63,485 nucleotides of DNA from Klebsormidium nitens (taxonomy: Eukaryota > Plantae > Klebsormidiophyceae), in assembly GCA_000708835.1 (NCBI GenBank), contig DF237177.1, positions 62,001 through 125,485 on the forward strand, read 5' to 3'. The translations under genes were made by a program, and so were the position numbers. This document shows, in pieces, positions 12,255 through 24,173 of the stretch (positions are counted from its first letter, which is position 1; every line of letters begins with the position of its first letter). The notes under the pieces were generated by a model. The model was not told the DNA's origin, ran no database searches, and worked only from the letters and a program-made list of their open reading frames with translations.

Positions 12255-15200
12255 ATGGTAAACGAGAGGTTTCTCTACCTGTTGACATGGGTCGTTTTGG
12301 TGGGCTTAATGATCAGCGACCTCTCCTCGAGGCGACATCCTGCCCCAGCGAAGGCGGGCTTGGTCGCCCTTTCGGTGCCTCCTACCAGGGACTGCGAGCA
12401 GCGGCTCAAGATGATCACTGCGTGCCACGTGGCGGGGCAGGCGTGCTGCCACGTGTTCCAGGAGGCCAACGCGAGGGGCTGCTTCTGTTACCTGGCGAGT
12501 AAGTGTCAGCAGAGTCAAAATGCTGCTCAGTGAGATCGGGCTTGGATTGCTCATGATGTACTAAGTACGTCACTGCAGCAGATATAACACTCATTCTCTA
12601 CTTCGTCAAGGGATGGAAGCAAAGGCAAGCTTCTCCGTGTGAGCCATATTCGTTCACCTTCTTGAGGACTTCTTGATCATATGAATTTAGGAGCAGAGAC
12701 TGATTTCAATGGCGTATTTAAACACTTGAATCTGATGTTAGTTTTCAAAGGGCAGGTGCCAAAGCAACCAGTTGACCACGAGAGCGGGCTAGAAATTGTA
12801 AAATACATGTGACGTTTCCTTGAGAGTACTCTATCTGTCGAATTTCAAAAGCAGAAGATGCGAGAAGGACTTCAACTTCGGCAGTAGATATTAGCATTGA
12901 AAATCAGTCGACTCTCCTTTTCGAAGGCACCGTTCGCATCAGTCGTTGATGCCGCAAGGAGCCGAAAAGCGGCTAAACACGAGCACGATTTGATCTTCCT
13001 TCAGATAATAAAAGTCTGTGATGTATCCATCCGATCCTGATTCTTTAGATTCCAAAATTCGGTAGAGTGATGTCAAGACGAACGTCATTGTGCTGCATCA
13101 CTTGGAGCTGCGAAGACAAAAAACATTGCGGACGCAATGACTTTGACAACATTTGTTGTGGCCTCATCCTTTTGTAGCCTTCGGATATCTAATGACGACT
13201 TTCACGTCTGTCGTGGATCTGAGCTGAAAGTTGTCTCTATTCTGTGAACTCAGACTTCTCCGTGGAGGGGGCGATGTCCCTGACGTCAGCCGACGTCGCG
13301 GCTCTCGCATCGACCTGCGCGGTCCCCTACGTCAGCGTACCAGGTGCTGACACGTGTCCCTCTGCCCCGCGCTCGCGCTTCCCGGCGGCCCACCTTGAGA
13401 TCGTCATTCTGTTCGGTTACGTCCGCACCCCGGCTCTTGGCGCGCGTATTCACACCTTCCTGGCGCCGGTGACTTCGCGTTTCGCCCGAGGCGTCTGGTC
13501 GGAGGTGGGAATAGGCCCCGGACGCGGTTTGGGGGATCCCTCTGGCGGTCCGTTTGCTGGTCACACAGCCCAACGAAGTGCCCGGGGGATGCTTCCGGGC
13601 CCAGAGGCTGAATTGAGAACGAGCCTTTTGGAAAGCGCGTTGTGGAGCTTGCCGCGGGGACCGTTTCTAAACGGGAAGAAGCAATTTGAGACGTCTGCGG
13701 AGCAGTCCATGGTTCTTTCTTCCGGTGCGGTTCGGCGCAAAGACGTCGGTGAGAAAGCGGTCCTTCCGATCCTCCCGGAGCAAGATTCCGTTGCCGGGGA
13801 GGGTTCTCGAGCAGATGAAGAGCGGAAGGAGCGGAAGCGGAGGCTGGCTACAGGGAGCTTCGTCGGAGGAGCGGACTTGCTGATCAGCGACGAGTCTGGC
13901 AGCTCCGGCGGAACGGTTTCATCGGAACGGAACGGGGTGTGGCACAAGGGCACGTTTCATGCCGCAGATAACCGTGACGTGAGGTTGCGAAAAAAGAGAA
14001 GCCCATCGAACGAGGCAGACTTTGATGTAGCAACCGTCGAGGCCTTGATCCGAAGCGAGTTTCTTGGGGACGTGCTTCCCGAACGTGACGTTTCGACCAC
14101 GAAGTCGCCGGACTCCGCGAAGACAGAGCTTTGCACCGGAGGGGATTCCGCTCGTTTCGCTCGTTCCGCTCGTTCCGCTGAGCCCCTCGGCGGTGGCAAA
14201 ATGGATACTCTTCCTGACCTGTCGTCCCCGTCAGCCAGAGACGGGGGCAATGAGCGGATTGACCGAGAACCGAATGAGTTGCAGCACGGGCCGTTCACAG
14301 TAAAGGACAAAGGTCCTTCGGCAGACGAACTAGACTGGGCTTACTTTGCCAGTGTGCGACAGTTGCAGCAATACCGGCAGCATACGGACGCTTTTCTGGC
14401 ACGCCAGGGGTCAGTTCCGGACGCGCAGGAGAGCGGAAGCGGAAGGCAGACGGACGGAAGCGGACGTCCGGAACCCGCGGAGGAGCCCACTGTAGGTAGG
14501 TTAGAATCAATTCTCTCATGTTTGCCGTTTCTGACTCTTCTCGAGGTATTGGCCTTGGTCCTTCACCTTGCTTTTCCGTCTCCTTTCACCGTTGTCCTGC
14601 TTCGGTCCCCTGGTCGGCAGCGGAAGGAACGTCCGACGCGCGTAACGCGAGCGCAACTGTTGAAAGCAACGTACGTGGGAGATCTCCTCTTCGTGTTTGC
14701 AAGGCGGGTTGCACCAAACGGTTCAATCATTTTGTCTTGCCACATCTTTTCAGAGTCAAGTAACGAGGCAAGTTACCTCAGGCGTACATCCTCACTCGCT
14801 TGGTGAGGGTTGAAACCTGGCCATCAGGATTGCGAGCCTCATCGGGCTTTACTTAATCTTCTCGCATTTGATCAGAATGGTTTTTCCCAGTCACAGGCGT
14901 CGCTTGAGCTGTCGCGGTACTTCATTGCACTGTTGACGAGAAGATGATGTTTTGTTGCAAACATTCCATCGAACTCGTGACGAGAAGATAGTGTTCGCAA
15001 ACAAACCTTACAGTCCCTTTGACGCTCTGCTCCAATCCCTCCACGCGCAGATGATGAGGATTCACAAATCGCCCGGGACCCTCGCCTGGAACGTCTCTCC
15101 AACGGGCCGGTTGCGGCCTTACGCGCCCAGTCATCCGCCCGGGCATCATCAACCGACTTACTTCCGAACTTACTCTCCGACAAAAAGCAGCCCGGTAGGA

Positions 15201-15708
15201 GCTCCCGGCTTCCCTGGATCGCCCAAGTCGACTCCAATTTTCCAAGCGACCTTCCGCTTCTCAAACCGACTTCCGCACAGAAGTCTCCGCTTCTCATCGC
15301 ACTCAATGCTCCAGAGGACTCCCCCTCGCCCCCAGAAACCGCTCCCCCACCCCCCGAGTTCTTCCCCCCTCTCGTTCCGGAACCACCGCCGCCAGCCCCC
15401 GGAACGGAACCCCCTCCCTCCTCCTCCCCCGGAAACCAGTCCCCCCTCCCCCACCTGGAGCTTCACCCCCAACTCCTCCGCCCCTTTCGCCCCCCCCTCC
15501 GCGCGCGCAACCCCCTCCCCCGCGTGCGCATCCCCCTCCCCCGCGTGGGCACCCCCCTCCTCCAGCGGGAAAGCCTCCTCCCCCGGCCGCCCCTGCGCCT
15601 GCCCCGGCTCCGTCGTCTGCTTTTAGAATTGGTCGGGTTGATTCATTGTCCTTATGGCAAGTCCTAGTTGCGCTTATGGTGGGATACTATCTCGTGGCGT
15701 TGCTCTAA
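12255..15708 (+). CDS. Secreted 8-cysteine-motif (nsLTP/prolamin-like) protein with long disordered region, Pro-rich region and GPI-anchor-like tail; exons 12255-12498, 13254-14495, 15051-15708, with a probable 1-nt deletion in the C run near 15441-15446
   Basis: Signal-peptide-like N-terminus (MVNERFLYLLTWVVLVGLMIS). The phase-1 splice 12498/13254 completes C-X9-C-X6-CC-X10-CFC-X24-C-X12-C. The phase-1 splice 14495/15051 continues in frame into PEDSPSPPETAPPPP. One extra C gives SPPPP/APAPAP repeats ending PSSAFRIGRVDSLSLWQVLVALMVGYYLVALL*. Exon 2 may contain further introns. Confidence 0.72.
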
Positions 15709-17011
15709 TTGATGCGGGTGTCTACCGGAGTACACGGTTTGACGCCGTGTGGGTTGAAGGAAAGAGTGAGGGATTGCTTCTCAAGAGCGTAGGATTCGCA
15801 CGATAGGAAAGTGTCGTTAGAGTCGGATCAAAGCGGTTGCAGGATAGTCTCCTGATACGTTTCACTCTTTTCCAAGGACCACCCGCCGTCAGTGTGATCA
15901 TACGGAACGACAGTAGATTCACTGCTGTTCAGTATTGCAGAATCGTTCTTCCCAAATACCTTGCACTCGACGATTCAGAAAGATTCGAGTTAACCAAGTC
16001 GACAAATTAAAGGCATCAGGTGCTCATCAGGTGTTTGTCTTCATGGCGGTTGACCCTGGACATTTAGGGGGCCCGAAACTCAAGATGGGCCCACACTTTT
16101 CAGATCCACTCAGAGTTTTGTGAGTACGTACTATGCCAGATGGGATCGACAGCGTCTGTATTTGCCTGCGCAATGCGCCTGGGGGAAAGCTTGACGGTGA
16201 AGCAGCTGGCATGACCTTGACAGCTAAGCTCAGCCATGGTTTGAGACGGCAACAATTATGTGACAGGCCGGCGGGCTGCAATTATGAACCTGTGCCATTA
16301 AAATTGGCCATCATGTTGCTGCTGTCACCATGAGCTCTGATGTCAGCGTGTGTTTGCAGGTTGTATCAACGTCTAGGTCATCTTAATCAAGTACACGTGC
16401 GTGCATGCCGCGCTTCAATCAGGGTACATTTATACTGCTCATGCATCATGCTTGTGTACCTATAGTATGCGCTTATGGTCAACTAATGCCTTAATCAGAA
16501 CTGATAGCAAGACCGCGCGGCCTAGTCATCGCCCCAGTCAAGCGTACGCAGCTTAAGGAGCTGAGCCCAGTTGATCTGCACCGTGACAGTGCTTGACGAA
16601 CAGCGACCCAAAGTCCTAAGGCGCCAGATTGCAATCTGTCATAAGAAGCTGTCTGTTGGTACGTGACAAGCTCTGAAGTCATCGAAGTACTATCCTTCGA
16701 AAGACTGGTACTCAAAAAGTAACATAAGGATTGGAAATTGTAGCAGAAAGTCTTCTTTGGCACAGTTATGAGAAGCGACTCGTCAAATCGACAGAATAGG
16801 TACTATGGAAACCTGCATTCAATCTGACGCCTTCATAAATGACTTCGGCAGCTTTCACTTCTAGACTGACAAGCTGTCTCATGTACATCGTATTTGATGT
16901 ATGCAGATTGATTTTAACTTCTTTTTTACTCTGGGAAGCCGTTAACAGCCTCCATGTTAAGATTGGTAAAACAGCGGTAACAACGTACGTTCGCAAGTAA
17001 TGTATGGTCGA

Positions 17012-18846
17012 CTATGAGACAGCCGGCATTGCTTGTCTCAGCCGTGTCTTCAGCTGCTCCGCCTGGCCCCGAAGATCCTGCTGGAGGAACTTTGAGCGAG
17101 CCTGTACCACAGATTGACTCACAATCAGCTCAAAAAGACACCAGCAAGGCACAGGGCACAGTATCCCGATTGCTGTAGGAGGTAAAACAGCGACCCGAAG
17201 TGTTCTTGAGCTGGCTGGGAACATGTTCCGGGATCATTTTCTAGGCAGGAACTCTGTCTCTTTCACCATCATTGAGATTTTTCAGTAGCCAGATAATAAG
17301 GCTATCTGCAAAGGAGCCGATCCTTGCGCAGTCGCTATCAAAACCAGAAGTAACATAATCCCAACTCATGAGCAGGGACTCAAGTGTGCGAGGCATGCGC
17401 TTGTGGTAGTGAATTGGTTCACCGAGGGCACAAAAAGATGCGCTGATGTACCACGATTGGCACACGGGCTGATTGAGACTCTTTAATCTGCCTGGAAGAA
17501 AGCTTGCATATACAAAGAAAAATCGAAGGTCTGGATTCGGAGGCGAACTGCAAAAAGCGTATCTAACACAGTCTCTTTTGGCGCTTTCACTGACCATCTC
17601 TCAACCAAACACTCCAAACGGGCACCGAAGCAAGTCGGCCAAAGACGTATGGCTTCTTCAACCATAGGGCGTCAGTGCTTGCAGAAAGATTACCTGTATT
17701 CGCTGAACAAGCATGTTGCATTCAAACTCCAAGTACTGCTCCACCGTCATGTCGTGCGGGACTGGAGGCCCAATGGTCACTTGCAGAAACGTGCGCGTCC
17801 CCAGCCGGATTAGATCACCAGCTTGCAACCGGATCCGGCCGTCTGGATAGGGGAGCAAAGTAATTGTACATCATAAGCGTGGAAGTTTCCAGCTTCGATG
17901 CCATGGTGCAAGAGGTGCAACGCCTCATACTTGGACGGACAGGCGTGTTGTCTGGCAAAGTGTTGCTTGTGAGGAAATGCAGAAGCAGGCCCATTATGGA
18001 ACACTCTGCCAATTGAAAAGCAGTCCTCAAAGTGAAGTAATGTTGCAGCCTGTTTCATTGCTCTTTAGAAGGTTTGCTTGCTTTTCATCCCCAACCGTTC
18101 TGCCGGCCCTTCTGCAGGCACTTTATGAAAGATATTGAGGGATGAACGGAGCATGGGAGTATTCATCAAGAAGCTGGTAGTAATAAAACAAATGAAAGTG
18201 CCAGAATGCATTGACATACCTGCATCTTCTGCTGCCGGCTGTACATCTCTTCCATTGACTTGCGTGCCATTTGAGCTTCCGAGGTCTCGAATGGTCCAGG
18301 AGACGTTTACCCACTCCAGAATCGCGTGCCTTTCTGAGATCTGCGGGAGACTTTTCTTAGCATATGCTTAGAAAAAAAATCCAATGCTAATGCTCAACAG
18401 GTATGTCACCTCCCTACTCGGCGCTGTCAATTTGAATGTAACAAGCACAGCTGCAGGAAGAAGTTTAAGACATTCCAGTGTTGGTTCCTTTGCTACTCCT
18501 GACCTGACATCGATCAAGCTGACCCCCCAATCCTGGACAAAGGCTTCGCTTACTGACAGACACCTCATTCACAAGGCACAACTGCATGACACAAAACAGT
18601 TGCTGTCTGTTGATCGTCATTCATAAAGCAGTATGTGACTGGCAGGGTGCATCAATGCTTGCAACTTACGGAGCTGTCCTGGAGATGCAGAGTGCTCTTC
18701 TTTGTCCTCCCAACCGTAATGCTTGCTCCTTTGGCCATGAAGGCTTCTTTTGTCTTGCATGGTCCAGCAACTACCTCCAGTGCGAGATTGTCCCTTTCCC
18801 GTCTCTGCTCACCAGCAGCCGGAGCGCTTGCTCCCTGTCCGTTCAT
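17012..18846 (-). CDS. FHA-domain protein; exons 18846-18670, 18340-18220, 17842-17694, 17101-17012 (178 aa)
   Basis: Exons join in phase (537 nt). FHA signature GRTKKS...D..ISERHA...DLGSSNGT.VNG...GDLIRLG, followed by a helical tail MTVEQYLEFECNMLVQRIQARSKFLQQDLRGQAEQLK. Confidence 0.85.
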
Positions 18847-19777
18847 TGCGTCTCTGATTGCCGCCAATTACCCCACTATGGGCCGGCGTTGCATACAGTC
18901 AGTTGCAATAGGTGAGAGTCCGTGGAAGACAAGCCGGCTGGGTTACGTGAAGGCCTTTCAATCTGCCCTTGCAATTTTCAAAGTCGCGAATGCTGTTTTA
19001 TGAAGTCCTCCGCAGAGGGTTTTGCTTTTGGTGCTACACGATTGTTGCACTTCCGAGCGCTTCTCCAGCCTCTGCTCGCAAGTCACAAGTCATTCTCCAC
19101 GCTCCAAGTTGGCACCAGACAAGCTTGCGCTAGGGGCATACGGTTCACCGTTCAATTCCGAAAGGCCTCAGCCAATTCCCTACCTAAGTGTTGATCCTAG
19201 AAATCATTCGCCCGGCTCCACCATCACCACGCCGTCCACTTCAATGTCAGCCTTGGCCCTTCAGTGCTTCAGCCTTCAGCTTGCTATCGATCAATACGGT
19301 AGAAAACAACGTTTTACCTTTTGCGCCCACTGGCAGAGCTCTCGTCGAAGAACCATCGTCACGAAAGAGACTCGTGAGTTCGATGCAGCGCGTTCGACGA
19401 TATCCAACTGGGCAATTTTTGAAAGTTTGAAAAGGTTCACGATTGCTCAAACCCTATGATCGACGGTCTACACCACTTTGATCGACGGTTATCAAGCTTC
19501 CTTCTGTGACCAACTGGCATCTACGATGATGCCACGTGCTGACTTCTCAGCAAGCCAGCTGTCGACCACTGACTGGCCCTTTGCTCTCTTCGCCATGGTG
19601 CTGAAGGCTGAACATGTGAATGTGAATCCTAGCTCTGCATCGAAGCTGCATTGCGCATTGCTTGAACTTGCTTCACAGAAGCGTCGCACCAAGGCCGCAA
19701 GATACTTCTTTGTTGTGGATTTGCGCTGTGGATTTGCGCTGCCTATCAGAAGATATTGGGGCCATCTTCCCCGCGCA

Positions 19778-22700
19778 ATGTCCGTTTCTTCTCGCGCCTT
19801 TGCTACATCGAGTCCTACGCACATTGCAACCGCGGCTACATCCTTCATAACCGAACAGAACCAGGTGTCGGGCTTATCGTTGATCTCTAGAACTGCTTTT
19901 AATCCGAATCAGTGGGCCATCAGAAAACTACTTGATCCTGCTCCCAAGTTTCAACGTAGACCACTTGGCAAACAAGTGTTCATACTCAAGGCAATGGCGA
20001 CCGAAGGAAATGCTGCCAACGTAACTGGCAAAGTGTCTCCGCGCCTGATGGTTGTGTCGGATCTGGACAACACGATGGTCAGTATTTCTCTGCTTCTATT
20101 GGTCCTACTTAAGTCATCTTGCATGCAGGATCTTTGTAGACAGTGTGAATCCATATCACGAACGCGTTGCTTGAAATAGCAGTACGGCTACACTGATTAA
20201 CGACAATTCTTTCAGTTGTTGCTTCAATAGAACATGTCCTGCATTTCAAATGTCCAGATCCCCGCACTGTAGTCTGTAGAGCTTGACCAGCTGGCTTTCA
20301 ACTTTGAACGGTCTGGATGCCTCAGCTAAGAGCCCGAGCCCTCCTGGATCACGATGTTTCAAGTGGGGTCAGTGGCTCTTCCTGCTGCAAGAGTTCGGCT
20401 GTCAAAACATGAAAAGGTAGGCGACAATGCAGAAGATCGCTTCGAATGTGTTGCAACCTGGCTCGTTCGCCACATTATTGCGGAATGTTTCTTTGACCTC
20501 AATACTTCACCATTTTCAGGTAGACCACCATGATCCCCCGAACGAGCGGCTCCAATCTTTCAACAAGCTCTGGGAGTCGGAGTTCAGCCACGATTCGCTC
20601 CTCGTCTTCAGCACAGGCCGGTCTCCAGTTCTGTATGAGCAGCTGCGGAAAGAGAAGCCGCTCCTAACGCCAGGCATTGCCATCACGAGTGTTGGAACAG
20701 AGATTGTCTATGGGGACACGTTGCAAGCAGACAAAGGTTGGGAGGAAATCTTAGATCAGGGCTGGGATCGCAACAAGGTTGTAGAGCTGACGAAGAAGTA
20801 TCCAACCCTGAAATTGCAGGTGAGGCTGGCAGGAATTTGATTTGATTGTCCAGAGTCTTGCTGCTATCTTCTTTGTCCATAAGCATTCTCACCTTTTGCC
20901 AGTCCGTACAAGTCCACCTCTGGAGTGACTACTCTCAAGCATTGACAGTCTTCCTGCAATGCAAACCAGATTACCAGCAATTCGATGAATTCTGCTTCCA
21001 GATAGTTGATGGGGCTTTACTGGCTGTATCCTTCAGTGGTGGCTGAAAACGCAACAACTTAATCCAGAGGTGCATTTTAGGAAGTCTTTTTCTTCGATGG
21101 AGTAGGACGCATTTCAAAAGAACGATCCACCATACACCATACTCTACACTGTACTAGAGGCAATAGCAGCCTTCTCTGTAAGATCAACTCAGGCTCAATG
21201 CAAAATGTTCCCCCATCAGATGGGGGGGTCAGATGTTGTATCAGATGGTTTGCTTTGCTGACTCTGCAGGCAGACACTGAACAGCGACCACATAAGATCA
21301 GCTTCCACATCGAGAAGTCTGAAGCTCAGAAGGTGGTTCCCGACTTGACGGCAGCATTTGAGCGGGAGAAGGTGAGTCGCTACAATTCAGGACGGTCTTG
21401 CTGTACAGGCCGAAACTTACCCTATCAGGAGGCTCAGAGGGTTTTTATGGCAAATGCATCTGACAAATGCTCACGAAGTTCTTACTTCAGGCCTCCATTG
21501 TATCCAGAAAAAGTAATTTGTCTAAATTAGACATCTGGGGTGGCACAATGTCACACTTGTGAATCTAAACTTTCATATTCCCATGAAAAGTGACCAAGAA
21601 ACACCAGTTGGACATAAATGTACTGCACACTCGAGTTTACGTTCGAGTGAGTCGACCTGGCGCAGGAATCTGAATTCAATCAGTATTCAGACAATGCTTC
21701 TCGGACTCAAGTGCACTCGGTGTATCGTAAGCACCTTGTCTGCGCTCGCGGGCGAACAAATTGATGCGTCGAAACAGAGGTTTGCACTCTAGGACCGAGT
21801 ATCTGCTTGCCACTGTAATCCTCACATTCAAGTGTCCTCGTACTTCTCCGGTCATTGTTAATTCTATTAACCGACTTTTAGAGTCCTCCCAGGATCTCTT
21901 TGCTGTCAGACTGTATGGTTGGGACACACTGAAGCCATGTGCAGAGAGCCGCTTCTGGTTTTTTGATCTGCATTCGATTCTTATCTCAATCTTTCATCTC
22001 ACAACTCTGCAGCTTGCGGCCAAGATCATCTACAGCGGTGGCTATGACCTCGACATCCTGTCTCAAGCCGCTGGCAAAGGGCGTGCTCTCGCATATCTGC
22101 TGAAGAAGTTCAAGTCTGAGGGCCGCGCCCCAAAGAACGTGCTGGTCTGCGGAGACTCCGGGAATGACATCGAGTTGTACGAGGTTGAGGGTGTCAACGG
22201 AGTCATCGTAAGTGTCGTTGGTTCTTGTCTCGTTTACCCTGTGGTATACCGCTCGTGAGGGGTGTGGGGGTTCGTGGCGCTGATTCAGCAGGCTGTTGAT
22301 CTGTTACGAATCATTGAGTAGCACTTTAGGTGCACAGCTACACCATTGTCAAGTATGAAGGACACCCACTTCGTTTGAGCATGTGCGGTAGCAGGATGGG
22401 GTGCAGTTGCCTCCAGTGTCCTACTGCTTCGAAATCGTTTCTCTTCTAGAAAGCGAATCGTACATCAGTACTAAGAGGTTGAACTCTGGAGGTAGATGTT
22501 GGAAGCGTTGTTGGAGGACGCAGGAACGAGATTCTTGCACCAACCTTCTTCGGACCGGTGTTGATCAGGACGAAGTTATGGTGCTGCTGCAACTGAGTTC
22601 TTTGACACCATTTTACAGACAAATGTCCAACTGCTCTCGTATTCGTGAAGCAGACACGTCTTAGACTATTCAACACACTATTTTCATATCGTATCGAAAG

Positions 22701-22856
22701 CGTTTGCATTGCTTGCAGGTTGGAAACGCCATGGAGGAGCTGGTGTCCTGGTATGACTCCCAAGCAGACAAGGGCCACGTCTTCAGAGCCACGCAACGGT
22801 GTGCTGCGGGAATTGTGGAGGCCATTAAGCACTTCAAGTTTGATAGCTCGAGTTGA
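19778..22856 (+). CDS. SPP: Sucrose-phosphate phosphatase (HAD IIB); exons 19778-20077, 20520-20819, 21270-21371, 22013-22207, 22719-22856 (344 aa)
   Basis: All introns phase 0 (1035 nt total). HAD motifs [21 protein letters not shown] and CGDSGND; SPP-typical [16 protein letters not shown] and IIYSGG.DLDIL. Start ATG at 19778 is inferred (19994 is an alternative). Confidence 0.92.
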
Positions 22857-24173
22857 TGACTTGAGTAGCCAGCTTTTGACAATGGTTTGCAGATCACAAG
22901 TCCGCTAAATGAAAGCCTCAGGTTGAATGACATGAGCGACTGTATATTATGCAGAGGTGAATCTTCTTGAGAGGCCACCCGACCTCGGATTCTGAAGCGC
23001 GGATTGATGGAAATCAGATCCCAACACCACATGGCGGCATCCGTGCAATTTGTAAGCAATCATTGTCGACAACTATTGGATATAGAAGAAAGACGCCGCG
23101 CGCTTTGCCTCTTGGGGTTTCAACAATGCATGTGTGCTGCCGGGACAATCACCAGTTCAAATCAGTTTTGGACATCTTGCAGACTTATCTGATTGTCAGG
23201 ATTCTCTCGCTTCGACATGCAAACCCAAGCTTTGACTGGCAATTCACCTGCATATAACCGTGCTCACCGGTATATGCATCACACATGCATTCCTTATGAA
23301 ACCAACGCTCCTTATGTGGTCGGCATTAAGCCATGCGGCCGATCATAAAAGCGACATATCGCGTCCCTTCCGTCAGCTCTTTGGGCTCATTATGTGGTCG
23401 GAAGCCATGCGCAGAGCAAGGCGATGCAATAGTTGAAACATTCTTAATTGAGTCATTCCTTGCAGCGGCCAGCACTCAGATGAGCCTCGGACTCGTGGAG
23501 AGTCATGCGGGCAGAATGACAATTTGCGCGCGCGTGAGCTTGCAGCAAAAAGGAAGGCCGGCCGCGCCTGGGCCGCGGGCGCATTGCGCCCGCTGCGCCG
23601 TTCATGATCTTTGCGCGCCGCGGGCCCGTTCGATCGCGTTCAAGTTCTCACACAGGTCTCGCAGCATCGACGGTCGACGGGACCTCGTCTGTTGCAACAT
23701 CGATCGAGCAATTTGAACGGCTCAGAAAATTTTCAAACTTTGAATGGCGACGCTCCTCAAATCCGGTAGGTGCCGTCCTGCTAAACAGAAATTGGTGACT
23801 GGCCAAGGGCCTACCAAATGAAGTTCGGTGTTAAATAAACGGTCACGATCGCTCCTGACCGATCGGACGGTGCACGCAGGGTGATGAACGTGACGGATTC
23901 TGCCGGTGCCGGTAAATATTGCTGCATGACCCGCAGAGGACGCCACGTCAGCACCCCCCGACAGTGGAATCCGAGCCTTTTCGATCATGGTCCGTCGAAC
24001 GCTCGGGACTTAGGGCTAAGCGACTGGGCATCACAGCCAAGGTCGGGGCTCAGGCACTTAGAGAGAGGCCGCGGAGTCCAAAAGGCAAGTTCGAGGGCCC
24101 GGTAAAAGCGGACCGGGTAGCAGCAGGCAGGTGGAGGCGCACGGGGGCTTAGGGAGGAAGAGGCGTGATAACC

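Noticed and set aside
14496-14806. Transmembrane C-terminus of the 520-aa ORF (13244-14806)
   Set aside because: A phase-1 donor at 14496 and a matching acceptor at 15049-15050 indicate this is pyrimidine-rich intron read-through.
19478-19777. Additional N-terminal 100 aa of SPP suggested by the ORF track
   Set aside because: It starts at a TTG, looks like UTR or the bidirectional promoter shared with the FHA gene, and has no protein-like features.
4639-22856. Carbohydrate-metabolism gene cluster (AMY + SPP)
   Set aside because: Only two genes, 10 kb apart, separated by unrelated genes; compatible with chance.
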